NCBI GenBank assembly: GCA_036676395.1
Contig: JAKFCY010000002.1
Coordinates: 2,080,001-2,144,000, forward strand
Length of the DNA: 64,000 nucleotides
Origin: Bdellovibrio sp.
GTDB taxonomy: Bacteria > Bdellovibrionota > Bdellovibrionia > Bdellovibrionales > Bdellovibrionaceae
Reading direction: 5' to 3'
Positions within the stretch are counted from its first letter, which is position 1. Every line of letters begins with the position of its first letter. Below, piece by piece: positions 51,743-61,188 of the stretch. Both the position numbers and the translations under genes were made by a program. Under the pieces are notes generated by a model that ran no database searches, had not been told where the DNA came from, and saw only the letters and a program-made list of their open reading frames with translations.

Positions 51743-54700
51743 CTATTTTGAATTTAATGATTTTTCAATACGTTCTAAGCGTAGCTTGAGCTCAGCATTT
51801 TCTTTTTCTGATTTTTCTATGCGTGCTTTTAATTCGGCGTTTTCTTCTTTAACCGAAGCAATTTCACGCGCATTTTTTTCTGTGCGGTCAAACAACTGTG
51901 CGATGCGCTTATTAAAAACTTTTAACGCTTCGATGATTGGGGCTACTAATTTACCATACGAAACTGTTTTAAACCCTGAGTCTTTATCTGTATGTACTAC
52001 TTCAGGATAAACTTTTTCTAAATCTTGGGCAATTAAACCGATTTCGTGTTGCGCGCCGAATTTGGCTTTGTCTTTCCAGTCGTATTGAACTGCATTTAAC
52101 GACAATAATTTTTGTAAAGAAAAATCTAAAGGCTGAATATTTTCTTTTAAACGTTTATCAGAAGACGATGTACAACCTGCGCTCGTACAAACTACAGTTG
52201 CATCGAAACGTAAATTTGCCCCCGCCGCAATACTGACATCGCCGCCCACCGCTAGTGGATACAGTGGATTTGAATTTTGGATACCAACCCGACCTGACAC
52301 ATTTCTAATTGTTAATGCTTGCACATATGAACCTGCATTATTCGCATAAAAGTTAACAACGTCTCCACCTGTTGTAGACGGATGAACTGTGAAACCACGC
52401 TTTGTTGAGCCCGCTGCCTGCTGAATATCGTATTCAGAATCAGAACGCTCTGACCAAAAATTCGATCCATTGGCAGATAGTACGCGCATACCACCAGACA
52501 CATCCAACTTATATGCAGGATCTGTCGTTCCAATACCTACATAACCGGTCACTTTTTCCATAACCATTGCGGTCACGCTTGAGTTCACATCTTCAAAAGC
52601 TAACGCATCAGAATAGCCGGCTTTAGTATTAATTTTCCAAGTTCTTGCATCGTTTTGTAAAATTAAGCCTGCATCCGAATCGCCCGCATCAGTTTTCATT
52701 CGAATGTTTGCATCCCCTGTCGTTTTAACTACATCAAACACTTGTGCTGGTGTCGCCGTACCGATACCGACATTACCATCGCCTTTAACAATGAATCGAT
52801 CTGTGCCTGAAGTCGTAATAGCAACTGAGCCATCGTAAGAAGTCGTGCCACGATAAAATTTCAACAGTGCCGTATCTATGCCTGATGTTGCATATCGCAT
52901 ACCCAGCTTACCGATAAGGTCTCCGTTAACATTCGTCGCTACACCAGTTACGGCCTCCATACGAAAATTCGGGTCAGCTGCACGCGCAAATACAGCTGTG
53001 GTTGTATTTGCTGAAGCCGTTCCTAAATCAAATCTCACTACTGGAGACGATGTACCGATTCCGATATTACCTGCAAAAGTAACATTACTAGAATTATATC
53101 TATACTTGAAAACTTCGTGATCAACTCCCGCATCACGACGAAAGAAAACGACATCGTCAGTTGTGCCTAACTGATCAGGAGCATCGTCACCGTTGTATAA
53201 CATGCCGGCTCCAAAAGTAGGTGATTGCCCGACAAAAATCACACCCGATCCCTGCGCAGAACCAGTCACTGCAAGCTCGGAAATATCATTGTCAGGTGCA
53301 AAAACATGTAAATTCGCCGCTGGGCTTCCGGTACCGACACCGACATTACCAGAAGCTGTTATCGTCATTCGTGTTGCGCCATTCGCTCTAAAAACCATAG
53401 CATCCAATAAATGACTGTAAGCAACTCCGCCGGGATCACGGCTTTCTGGATCCGAGAAATAGATCGCACCCGATTGGCTATTTGGTGTGGTTACCTGAAT
53501 AACCGCATTACCTGTACTGATCACAGCTAATTTATCAGTACCTGTCGCATAAGGTGATGAAACTGTTCCATCCGAATCATCAACAGTTAACATAACCTGT
53601 GGCGAAGCTGTTCCCAAACCGACATTACCTGCGCCGGTCATAAGTAAAATATTATCTGTTGTAAGTGATCTAAAACCAAATCGATCTGAATTTGTTGATG
53701 CTTCCAGATCTGTTTCAATATAAAAACGGTCTGAATTATCAGAAGCTGAAAAAGCTAACCGTTTTTCATCAGCCGCTTCACCGCCACTAATCTCTAAATT
53801 TGCCGACGGGCTAGTGGTGCGAATACCGACATTACCACCACCGCTGGCTAATAGCACACTGCCTTTTGAAGCGTGAGTTGTTGACTCTAATCGCAATGAA
53901 CCACCCGATACTATTGATCCGTACACATACGGCGTAATCATACCGGTAGTTGCGGTGATCGATGCTCCTTGAATATTTGACGAAGTCATAATTGTGCCCG
54001 ATGAATAAATATTTCCGGCAACACCTAGGCCGCCTTTAACAATCAAGGCACCCGTTTGTGAATTTGTTGAAGCTGTTGTTGCAGAAACAGTTACGCTATT
54101 ACCTGCTGCAGGCCATAAAGCGATTCCGCCTGTCGAAGATACAACTGAAATGTTATCTAGTGTTCCCGCAGTTGTTGCTGTTGCGATCGTTCTTCGGATG
54201 CTGTTTCCGTCTGTGATATAGAAATCAAAACCGTCATACTCCATTGCACCGGCTTGGGCTGATGACATTAAAGTGCCCGATGTAAATTTAAGTGGCGCCG
54301 TATTGGCCGTTGCTGTTCCAGAAGCTAAATGCAATTTTGCTGATGCGTTACTTATACCAATACCGACATTACCGCTTGTTGCGATCGATAATCTCGCCGT
54401 ATTTGAAGTTGCTAAAAACAGTGGTGAAGCTACTGAATTCATAACTAAAGAATTAGTCGCAACATCATTAACAGTTAAATTAAACGCTTCATTGGTATTG
54501 CCTGAAAACCCCAGATAACCATGAATAAGATTTCCATCTTGTTTGAAATGGATAAATGGATTGTCGCCTTCATTATTATCATCAGTATCTGCCTCAATTA
54601 ACAATTCAGCATCACCGCTGATCGAAGAACTCATAGCCAATAAAGCTGAAGGTGTATTTGTACCGATACCGACATTACCACCTTCGGGATTTAAACTTAG

Positions 54701-57700
54701 ATTATAATAATTTGCCGAAGAAGCGTGGCGCGATTGAATCCATGAATAAAAAGTTCCTGGGTTAGCCACACCCATATTTAGAACTCCATTCGTAGACGCA
54801 GCACCAAGAACAAAAGATCCTTTAGTCGCCGTGCCCGAAGCTGACTCTGCTACGCCAACAACGTCTAATTTTTGTCGTGGTGCTGTTGTACCAATACCCA
54901 AACTTCCTGAAGCAGTTAATGCCATTGCTTGGGTGTCTTGAACAGTCGCTTGGCTTGTTCTAAACATAATACCACCGCCAATACCTTTTTGGTCGATGTA
55001 ACTATACGTACCCGATGCAGCGGTGCGCTCAAATGATAAAGAGTTTGAACCTAAGTTTGTAGAATATCCAGATTGCATTCCAACTTGAATTGCACCAATA
55101 ACATTTAATGTGGATTCTGGTGTCGTTGTGCCGATACCGACGCTACCGTTCGATCTAATTACCATGCGCGGCACATCAGCGTAACCACCATTTAAAGCCG
55201 AGAAGCGAGCAATTTCTGTTTCCTGTATATCGGTATCCCAACCAGCTTGAACATACAAGCCATGCTGGGTTCCATTTCCAAGCGAAGATCTGTTTCCGTA
55301 GGTTTGTAAATTCGCCACGTAGTCATTCATCGCTACAAATGAGCCGCCTTGCTGGGCTCGAAATAATGACTGTGTATATAATGAAGAATTCACATATGGA
55401 TTTAATAATGCTGTAGGTGTTGTTGTACCGATACCAACATTACCACCCAGAGCATTAATTATCGTATTTCCTTTATTTGCATGTGTTGTTGATTCAAGTC
55501 TTAATGAACCACCTGAAACAATTGATCCATATATGTAAGGAGTGATCATTGCATTTGTGGCCGTGATTGAAGCCCCTTGAATATTTGACGAAGTCATAAT
55601 TGTGCCTGATGAATAAATATTTCCGGCCACACCCAAGCCACCTTTTACAATCAAAGCACCCGTTTGCGAATTTGTTGAAGCCGTTGTGCTAGATACCACT
55701 ACTGATCCAACCGGAGTCATCGTGATATTGCCTGAAGCATTAATAAAACTAGCATCATCAATCGTGCTTGGAGTAGAACCCGTCGCTAATGCACGACGAA
55801 CTCCAGCACCATCAGTAAAGTATAAATCAAAACCATTGTACTCAATCGCACCAGCTTGTGCGGCTGTTAATAAAGAACCAGAAGTTAATTTAAACGGAGC
55901 CATTGATGTCGTACCCGCAGCTAAATTTAATTTCGCTGTTGGCGCTGTTGTACCTATACCCACGTTACCTGACGACGCTTGGATCGTCATCCAAGTCGAC
56001 GCGCCCATCATATTCGTGAATCGGATATCAGCCGTAGAACCAGCACCAAAGCTTACGCCCGACTGAAAGTAAGTCATCCCATTTTGACTTAACAAACGAA
56101 GCGCAGAAGATACTGCATTGGTATTTTCAAGTCGAATATCTGCAGCCGTATTATCTGCGACATGTAGCGCACCACCAGGAGCTATAGTACCAATACCAAC
56201 GTTACCACTTTCTTTGATTATCAGTGCAGAGCTTACGGTCGCGGTTCCTAACTCAAGATCTGCCCCACCCGTAGTATACAGTGTTTTTAAAGAAATTTTA
56301 TTTGGAGATCCCTGCAATTGTAATCTTGGATTTGTAGATCCATCATTATAGTAAAACTCAGAAATAATATTGTTTGGATCAGAAGAATATCTCATTATTT
56401 TTAACGCACCATTTGCCGATACCGCGCTACTCCCTACAACCATATCACCCACGACTTGTAGTTTTGCGGCTGGAGCCGTAGTTCCTATACCCACATTACC
56501 ATCGCCGCGCACAACCATGACGTTACTGACAGTTCCAGTTCCTGTTTTTGAACGTAAAAATAATGAATAATCAGTTGTTGCGGTGCCTGGCGCATCGAAT
56601 GTCGCTGTTGCACTTGCAATACCAAAGACAGTTGAATCATGTGTTACAACAAATTTACCAGATGGAGTCCTCGTACCAATACCAACATTTCCACCCAGTG
56701 TATTTAAAGTAATATTACCTTTATTAGCGTGCGTTGTAGATTCAAGACCTAATGAACCACCAGATACTGTTGATCCATAAATATATGGCGTGATCATTCC
56801 GCTGGTCGCTGTAAACGAAGCCCCTTGAATATTTGAAGAGGTAATAATAGTGCCTGATGAATAAATATTTCCGGCAACACCTAAGCCGCCTTTAACAATC
56901 AATGCACCAGTTTGTGAATTTGTTGAAGCTAGAGTGCTAGATACAATGACTGATCCCACTGGAACTAAATTCATATTTCCAGTCGAATTAATAATTGAAG
57001 CATTATCTAACGATCCAGAACTTGAACCTGTCGCAATCATACGGCGAGTTCCAGCCCCATCAGTTAAATAAAATCCACCACCGTCGTACTCCATCGTACC
57101 TGATTGTGCAGCGGTTGTTAAATTACCCGCTGTAAATTTTAATGGAGCTGTTGACGAAGTACCTGCACCTAAATGCAATCTTGCTGATGGAGTGGTTGTT
57201 CCAATACCGACGTTACCGCCATCAAGAAGTGTCATAGCAACTAGATTGTTCGGTTGTAATCGAATACCTGTAGCAGTACCCGAAGAATTCATATAGGTAT
57301 TTCCACTAGCACCCATAACTAATAATTGGCGACCACCATTAGTGAGCACAGCATTATTTGCGATATTTAAAGAGCCATTCACATCTAATGTGTATGCGGG
57401 ACTATTCGTTCCAATACCGACGCTACCATCATTTTTAATAACTACTCTCTGAGTATCGCTCGTTCCGATAATTAAATCGGTATTTTCGCGGTTAAAAATT
57501 ACACCCTGACCAACAGAGTTTACTCCAAAATCAACACCAGGAATATTTGCTGAATTTGTAAATCTCGCATAAGTTGATGTCGCACCGATTTCATTTACAT
57601 GAATGCGTTGTGCCGGAGCACTCGTACCAAAACCGACGTTGCCCGAATCTTGAATTACGAGATCATCATTATTAGATCCACCAACTGCACCATTCACATG

Positions 57701-59800
57701 AAATTTTAATGAATGTCTTGGGCCGCCAGTTACATCACGATTTAAAACAATGCGCGAACCGACGTAAGAACCATCTGCTGAAAAATCGATGCCGATGCCG
57801 GTATCAACATTGTTGCTTTGATTTCTAAGTAATAGTCCAGTTGTATAACTGGCAGGATTAGCCACGTTCACATGCAACATGGCCTCGGGGCTTGAAACAC
57901 CAATACCTACGCGCCCAGTATTATAATATATAGATGTAGCGCTCGTAACCCATTGCGAACTCGTAAAAGATCCACTCGCAGCTGCGGTATAACCTAAAGC
58001 TGCATTCACATCACCTGCAGAAAGTTGAGACCCACTCACCACACGGCCTTTGCTATCTACAGTGACTTTTGTATATTGCGCCCCTGATGTTACACCAGAT
58101 CCCACGTCTGCAAGTTTTGCTGCTGGTAAAGTTCCTGAAGCTGCAACTGAACTTAAATCAATTGAATTAGCAGCGCTTAAAGAACCAAGAGTGGCACTAT
58201 TTGCCGGCGTATAACCTAATGCCGAAATCACCGCAGCACTGGTCGCATTTACTTTATTTGAAAAAATTAAATAATCTGCATTTGAAATCACACCCGCTGT
58301 GGTTGTACCAACAGATGCGAACGGAAAATTAAAAGTATGAACTGAACCAACAGATGAAACATTTGGCGAATTGCCTGTGGCACCAAATGCAAAAGTTTGC
58401 GAACCCGAAACTAAACCATTGATTGCAAGAATTCCTGCACCAGATATACCGAATGCAGCCCAAGAAGTTCCGTCACAATACTCAACAACTCCTGCGTTAT
58501 AGCGTAAGGTACCAGCTAAAGCCGGAGCACAAGTTGCCGCTTCTGAACCGATACGAATACCACCGGCCACATCTAATTTTGTGACTGGCGTTGTTGATCC
58601 GATACCGACATAACCAGATCCTGCAATTGTCATTAAATCAACTAACGTTGAACTGCCTGATGCCGCTCTTTGAAAAGCAAAGCGGTCAGTTGTGCCATTC
58701 ATTTCAAAATTAAATGAAGGTTTTGTTACATCCATTTGTGCAGCGCCTGAAGTGGTTAACATTCTGTTCCACTGCATAAAGCCGCCGTTCACATTAGCGC
58801 TTAAGCGCGTGCGCGGTACACTTACACCTGAATTACCAACATAAATATTTCCGGAAAAATTTGAATTAGTTCCAGATAAATTTACAGGTGCTTCTGGCCA
58901 ACCGCCAACATCAAATGTGGCAGATGGTGCTGATGTGCCCACACCGACGCGACCTGAAGCATAAAAAATATCTGAAACATTAGATATCCATTGCGATGAA
59001 GTGATCGCAGCCATTGAAGCTGAAAGACCAGACACAGTTGAAGAAACAGAAAAAACGGTCGACGACACCGCCAACACGTCAGAGTTTGTCGAACTTAACG
59101 ACGAAGTAAGAGTTGTCACACTCGCGCCGTCTGCCGGAGTATACCCGAGGGCTGTAATCACTGAACCCGATGTCACGGCTGTTGCACTATCACCGACCGC
59201 GATACAAGAAAATGCTGCGCCGTTAAAACGTAAAGCTTCACTCACTCCGCAGGTCATTGGCAGTGTTGATACTTGCACAAAGTCAGCGTCAGTTTTGCCA
59301 TTTAATTTTTCAGCATCATTGGCATACAGCGCGTAGGGTACGGCGTTGATGCTCATCGCCGGTAATGTTTGCCAGCCGTTACCATCGTGAAACTGCATCA
59401 CTAATTTACGAATATCACTTGCTGCCGGTGAATAACTTGGCGGCCCACCAGCATCACATGTTAAATTTGGCGTGATGTTAGAAAAAACATTTTCAAAAGT
59501 TGTGGCCGACACCGGATAAACTTTTACGCCCGAACCCAGTGAAAAAGAAATTAATCCACCCGTGTTAGTCATGTTCACTGACGAATAAGTTTCAGAATAT
59601 AAAATACAAGCCCCTGCTGGATCCAGTACGGTAAATTTAAAATTTACACTGACTGATTCAAGAGGATAACCATCAGGTTTAATAATTTTTGCTTGATAGG
59701 TGGTGCGACTTGGTCCTGCAATAGCAACTAGCGCGTTTAAAAAAATAAACGCAAAAATGAAAAACAAATTTTCAGTTTTCAACCAACGTGAGTATTTCAC
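51743..59800 (-). CDS. giant secreted tail-fibre-like adhesin with C-terminal peptidase S74 autochaperone, 2685 aa
   Basis: Shared N-terminus; many GNVGIGT repeats; SSDKRLKENIQPL...YDWK...IGLIAQDLEKVYPEVV...YGKLVAPIIEALK plus coiled coil. Confidence 0.92.
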   Translation of the reverse strand: MKYSRWLKTENLFFIFAFIFLNALVAIAGPSRTTYQAKIIKPDGYPLESVSVNFKFTVLDPAGACILYSETYSSVNMTNTGGLISFSLGSGVKVYPVSATTFENVFSNITPNLTCDAGGPPSYSPAASDIRKLVMQFHDGNGWQTLPAMSINAVPYALYANDAEKLNGKTDADFVQVSTLPMTCGVSEALRFNGAAFSCIAVGDSATAVTSGSVITALGYTPADGASVTTLTSSLSSTNSDVLAVSSTVFSVSSTVSGLSASMAAITSSQWISNVSDIFYASGRVGVGTSAPSATFDVGGWPEAPVNLSGTNSNFSGNIYVGNSGVSVPRTRLSANVNGGFMQWNRMLTTSGAAQMDVTKPSFNFEMNGTTDRFAFQRAASGSSTLVDLMTIAGSGYVGIGSTTPVTKLDVAGGIRIGSEAATCAPALAGTLRYNAGVVEYCDGTSWAAFGISGAGILAINGLVSGSQTFAFGATGNSPNVSSVGSVHTFNFPFASVGTTTAGVISNADYLIFSNKVNATSAAVISALGYTPANSATLGSLSAANSIDLSSVAASGTLPAAKLADVGSGVTSGAQYTKVTVDSKGRVVSGSQLSAGDVNAALGYTAAASGSFTSSQWVTSATSIYYNTGRVGIGVSSPEAMLHVNVANPASYTTGLLLRNQSNNVDTGIGIDFSADGSYVGSRIVLNRDVTGGPRHSLKFHVNGAVGGSNNDDLVIQDSGNVGFGTSAPAQRIHVNEIGATSTYARFTNSANIPGVDFGVNSVGQGVIFNRENTDLIIGTSDTQRVVIKNDGSVGIGTNSPAYTLDVNGSLNIANNAVLTNGGRQLLVMGASGNTYMNSSGTATGIRLQPNNLVAMTLLDGGNVGIGTTTPSARLHLGAGTSSTAPLKFTAGNLTTAAQSGTMEYDGGGFYLTDGAGTRRMIATGSSSGSLDNASIINSTGNMNLVPVGSVIVSSTLASTNSQTGALIVKGGLGVAGNIYSSGTIITSSNIQGASFTATSGMITPYIYGSTVSGGSLGLESTTHANKGNITLNTLGGNVGIGTRTPSGKFVVTHDSTVFGIASATATFDAPGTATTDYSLFLRSKTGTGTVSNVMVVRGDGNVGIGTTAPAAKLQVVGDMVVGSSAVSANGALKIMRYSSDPNNIISEFYYNDGSTNPRLQLQGSPNKISLKTLYTTGGADLELGTATVSSALIIKESGNVGIGTIAPGGALHVADNTAADIRLENTNAVSSALRLLSQNGMTYFQSGVSFGAGSTADIRFTNMMGASTWMTIQASSGNVGIGTTAPTAKLNLAAGTTSMAPFKLTSGSLLTAAQAGAIEYNGFDLYFTDGAGVRRALATGSTPSTIDDASFINASGNITMTPVGSVVVSSTTASTNSQTGALIVKGGLGVAGNIYSSGTIMTSSNIQGASITATNAMITPYIYGSIVSGGSLRLESTTHANKGNTIINALGGNVGIGTTTPTALLNPYVNSSLYTQSLFRAQQGGSFVAMNDYVANLQTYGNRSSLGNGTQHGLYVQAGWDTDIQETEIARFSALNGGYADVPRMVIRSNGSVGIGTTTPESTLNVIGAIQVGMQSGYSTNLGSNSLSFERTAASGTYSYIDQKGIGGGIMFRTSQATVQDTQAMALTASGSLGIGTTAPRQKLDVVGVAESASGTATKGSFVLGAASTNGVLNMGVANPGTFYSWIQSRHASSANYYNLSLNPEGGNVGIGTNTPSALLAMSSSISGDAELLIEADTDDNNEGDNPFIHFKQDGNLIHGYLGFSGNTNEAFNLTVNDVATNSLVMNSVASPLFLATSNTARLSIATSGNVGIGISNASAKLHLASGTATANTAPLKFTSGTLMSSAQAGAMEYDGFDFYITDGNSIRRTIATATTAGTLDNISVVSSTGGIALWPAAGNSVTVSATTASTNSQTGALIVKGGLGVAGNIYSSGTIMTSSNIQGASITATTGMITPYVYGSIVSGGSLRLESTTHASKGSVLLASGGGNVGIRTTSPSANLEISGGEAADEKRLAFSASDNSDRFYIETDLEASTNSDRFGFRSLTTDNILLMTGAGNVGLGTASPQVMLTVDDSDGTVSSPYATGTDKLAVISTGNAVIQVTTPNSQSGAIYFSDPESRDPGGVAYSHLLDAMVFRANGATRMTITASGNVGVGTGSPAANLHVFAPDNDISELAVTGSAQGSGVIFVGQSPTFGAGMLYNGDDAPDQLGTTDDVVFFRRDAGVDHEVFKYRYNSSNVTFAGNIGIGTSSPVVRFDLGTASANTTTAVFARAADPNFRMEAVTGVATNVNGDLIGKLGMRYATSGIDTALLKFYRGTTSYDGSVAITTSGTDRFIVKGDGNVGIGTATPAQVFDVVKTTGDANIRMKTDAGDSDAGLILQNDARTWKINTKAGYSDALAFEDVNSSVTAMVMEKVTGYVGIGTTDPAYKLDVSGGMRVLSANGSNFWSERSDSEYDIQQAAGSTKRGFTVHPSTTGGDVVNFYANNAGSYVQALTIRNVSGRVGIQNSNPLYPLAVGGDVSIAAGANLRFDATVVCTSAGCTSSSDKRLKENIQPLDFSLQKLLSLNAVQYDWKDKAKFGAQHEIGLIAQDLEKVYPEVVHTDKDSGFKTVSYGKLVAPIIEALKVFNKRIAQLFDRTEKNAREIASVKEENAELKARIEKSEKENAELKLRLERIEKSLNSK
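53820..57210 (-). repeat. three copies of an internal ~500-nt module in the giant fibre gene
   Basis: Core STNSQTGALIVKGGLGVAGNIYSSGTI(M/I)TSSNIQGA at about 53964-54072, 55572-55680 and 56820-56928. Confidence 0.85.
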
Positions 59801-59807
59801 GTCATCT

Positions 59808-59834
59808 TTATCGGCGTAAATTACCGATTTCTAA
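59808..59834 (-). promoter_or_regulatory. sigma28/FliA-type promoter, probably leaderless
   Basis: TTAG-N15-GCCGATAA (perfect -10)-N7-GTG(59800). Confidence 0.8.
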
Positions 59835-59851
59835 AGGTTTTCAGAGGAGAA

Positions 59852-59866
59852 ATCTCAGAATAAGAC
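59852..59866. promoter_or_regulatory. palindromic operator-like site RTCTCA-N3-TGAGAY
   Basis: ATCTCA-gaa-TAAGAC. Confidence 0.5.
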
Positions 59867-59903
59867 ATCAATCGCAACTCCTGCTTTAATCGTCATTAGA
59901 ACC

Positions 59904-59934
59904 AAAAAAAGCCAGTCGTCTGACTGGCTTTTTT
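59904..59934. terminator. bidirectional intrinsic terminator
   Basis: A7-GCCAGTC-gtct-GACTGGC-T6. Confidence 0.85.
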
Positions 59935-59958
59935 GTTTTATTTTGGTAATTTATTTTT

Positions 59959-60999
59959 TTATTTTGACGAAGCTAGACGGTCTTGTTCAAGCACATGCGA
60001 CAAAAGGTTGTCATAAGTATGGCGCATAACTTTTCTATACATTCTTGTGTTTAGATGAAATGCATCCCGAACTAAAAATAACCAGTTGATCATACTTTTA
60101 TTACTGCTTGGCAGATTTATGTTTCCGCCCATCGCCCCGGGGTTTTGCCACGTTGAAATTTGATTTGGCGACAAGGTGGTTTCTTCGTCTAGGCCATGTT
60201 CTTTAACACCATCGTAATACTGGGCAACGCCCATATGCTGAATGTAAAAAATATTTCTTCCGTCAGCCAGTTTCATCATTGATCGCGCTAATCCTGCTAA
60301 CACCGGATTTAATCTTGCCGGAGTTGGGCTGCGCATTCTTTCAAAAATTTTTCGATACAGCGGAAATTTATGATTCGGTTTAAAATTTGGATAATCATAA
60401 CCCGTTAAAATAATTTTTAGATCAGGGCGCACCGTCAAGTAGCGATCCATGATCTTTTGCACAGTGATATTAATTTCTTGGTAAACTGCAGTTTCTTGTT
60501 CTGTCGTAAAATCTTTATTCCACACAGCCATCAGGTCATTGCCGCCCATTGAAAGATAAAGATATTTCAACCGCGGTGTCGTTTTTAAAAATTCGATCAC
60601 TTTTAAATCCTGCTTAGAACCAATCCATTCAAAACCCGCAACGCCAAGTTTTGTCGTGCGCAAACAGCGATTGTCTTCAATGATATCGGCATCCACATCA
60701 CGAATCATTTTACCCATTGAATTATACACACACGGAAACGAAGCCCAACTGTCGCCGACGATAAGAATTTTATCTTTCTTACTCATGATTTCAACGTGGT
60801 CTTCGATATCCATTGAAGGATCATCCGAGTTTTGGGCCTTTTCGATTTGGTCCATGGCGATATAATTTTCATCAACCAAGTCTGTTAAATCAGTGTAACT
60901 ATGGATTTCATTAGATTTTTTTTCGTCAGAATCTTTCGAACAGCCCATTTGAAAAACGGCTGAAATAAGAAGAGCGGCTATGACGATGTGACTTTTCAT
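59959..60999 (-). CDS. SGNH/GDSL hydrolase lipoprotein
   Basis: Lipobox-like QMGC; GDSW, GGND, DAFH; start ATG 60999. Confidence 0.85.
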   Translation of the reverse strand: MKSHIVIAALLISAVFQMGCSKDSDEKKSNEIHSYTDLTDLVDENYIAMDQIEKAQNSDDPSMDIEDHVEIMSKKDKILIVGDSWASFPCVYNSMGKMIRDVDADIIEDNRCLRTTKLGVAGFEWIGSKQDLKVIEFLKTTPRLKYLYLSMGGNDLMAVWNKDFTTEQETAVYQEINITVQKIMDRYLTVRPDLKIILTGYDYPNFKPNHKFPLYRKIFERMRSPTPARLNPVLAGLARSMMKLADGRNIFYIQHMGVAQYYDGVKEHGLDEETTLSPNQISTWQNPGAMGGNINLPSSNKSMINWLFLVRDAFHLNTRMYRKVMRHTYDNLLSHVLEQDRLASSK

Positions 61000-61127
61000 C
61001 TTTATCCCCTGTTGGTGTTTATTTACGTAAACACACACCTGTCGGATCAGAATATTAAGAATTAGAGCAATAGTCCTAAATTTTGTTTGTTGGTCCAGTC
61101 CAGTTAAAGAAGAATCTGTTCCAAAAC

Positions 61128-61160
61128 AAAAAAGCCAGTCTTGCGACTGGCTTTTATTTT
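61128..61160. terminator. intrinsic terminator
   Basis: A6-GCCAGTC-ttgc-GACTGGC-TTTT. Confidence 0.85.
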
Positions 61161-61188
61161 TAACTTTGTTAGTTAAGTAATTTTACAA

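Noticed and set aside
7799..59800. Prophage or tailocin suggested by tail-fibre and S74 domains
   Set aside because: The fibres have Sec signal peptides and are dispersed among housekeeping genes; no capsid, sheath, baseplate, terminase or integrase genes.
51743..59800. Diversity-generating retroelement or invertase shufflon acting on the fibres
   Set aside because: No reverse transcriptase or recombinase in the window. Repeat differences look mostly synonymous rather than adenine-specific, and no inverted silent cassettes were seen.
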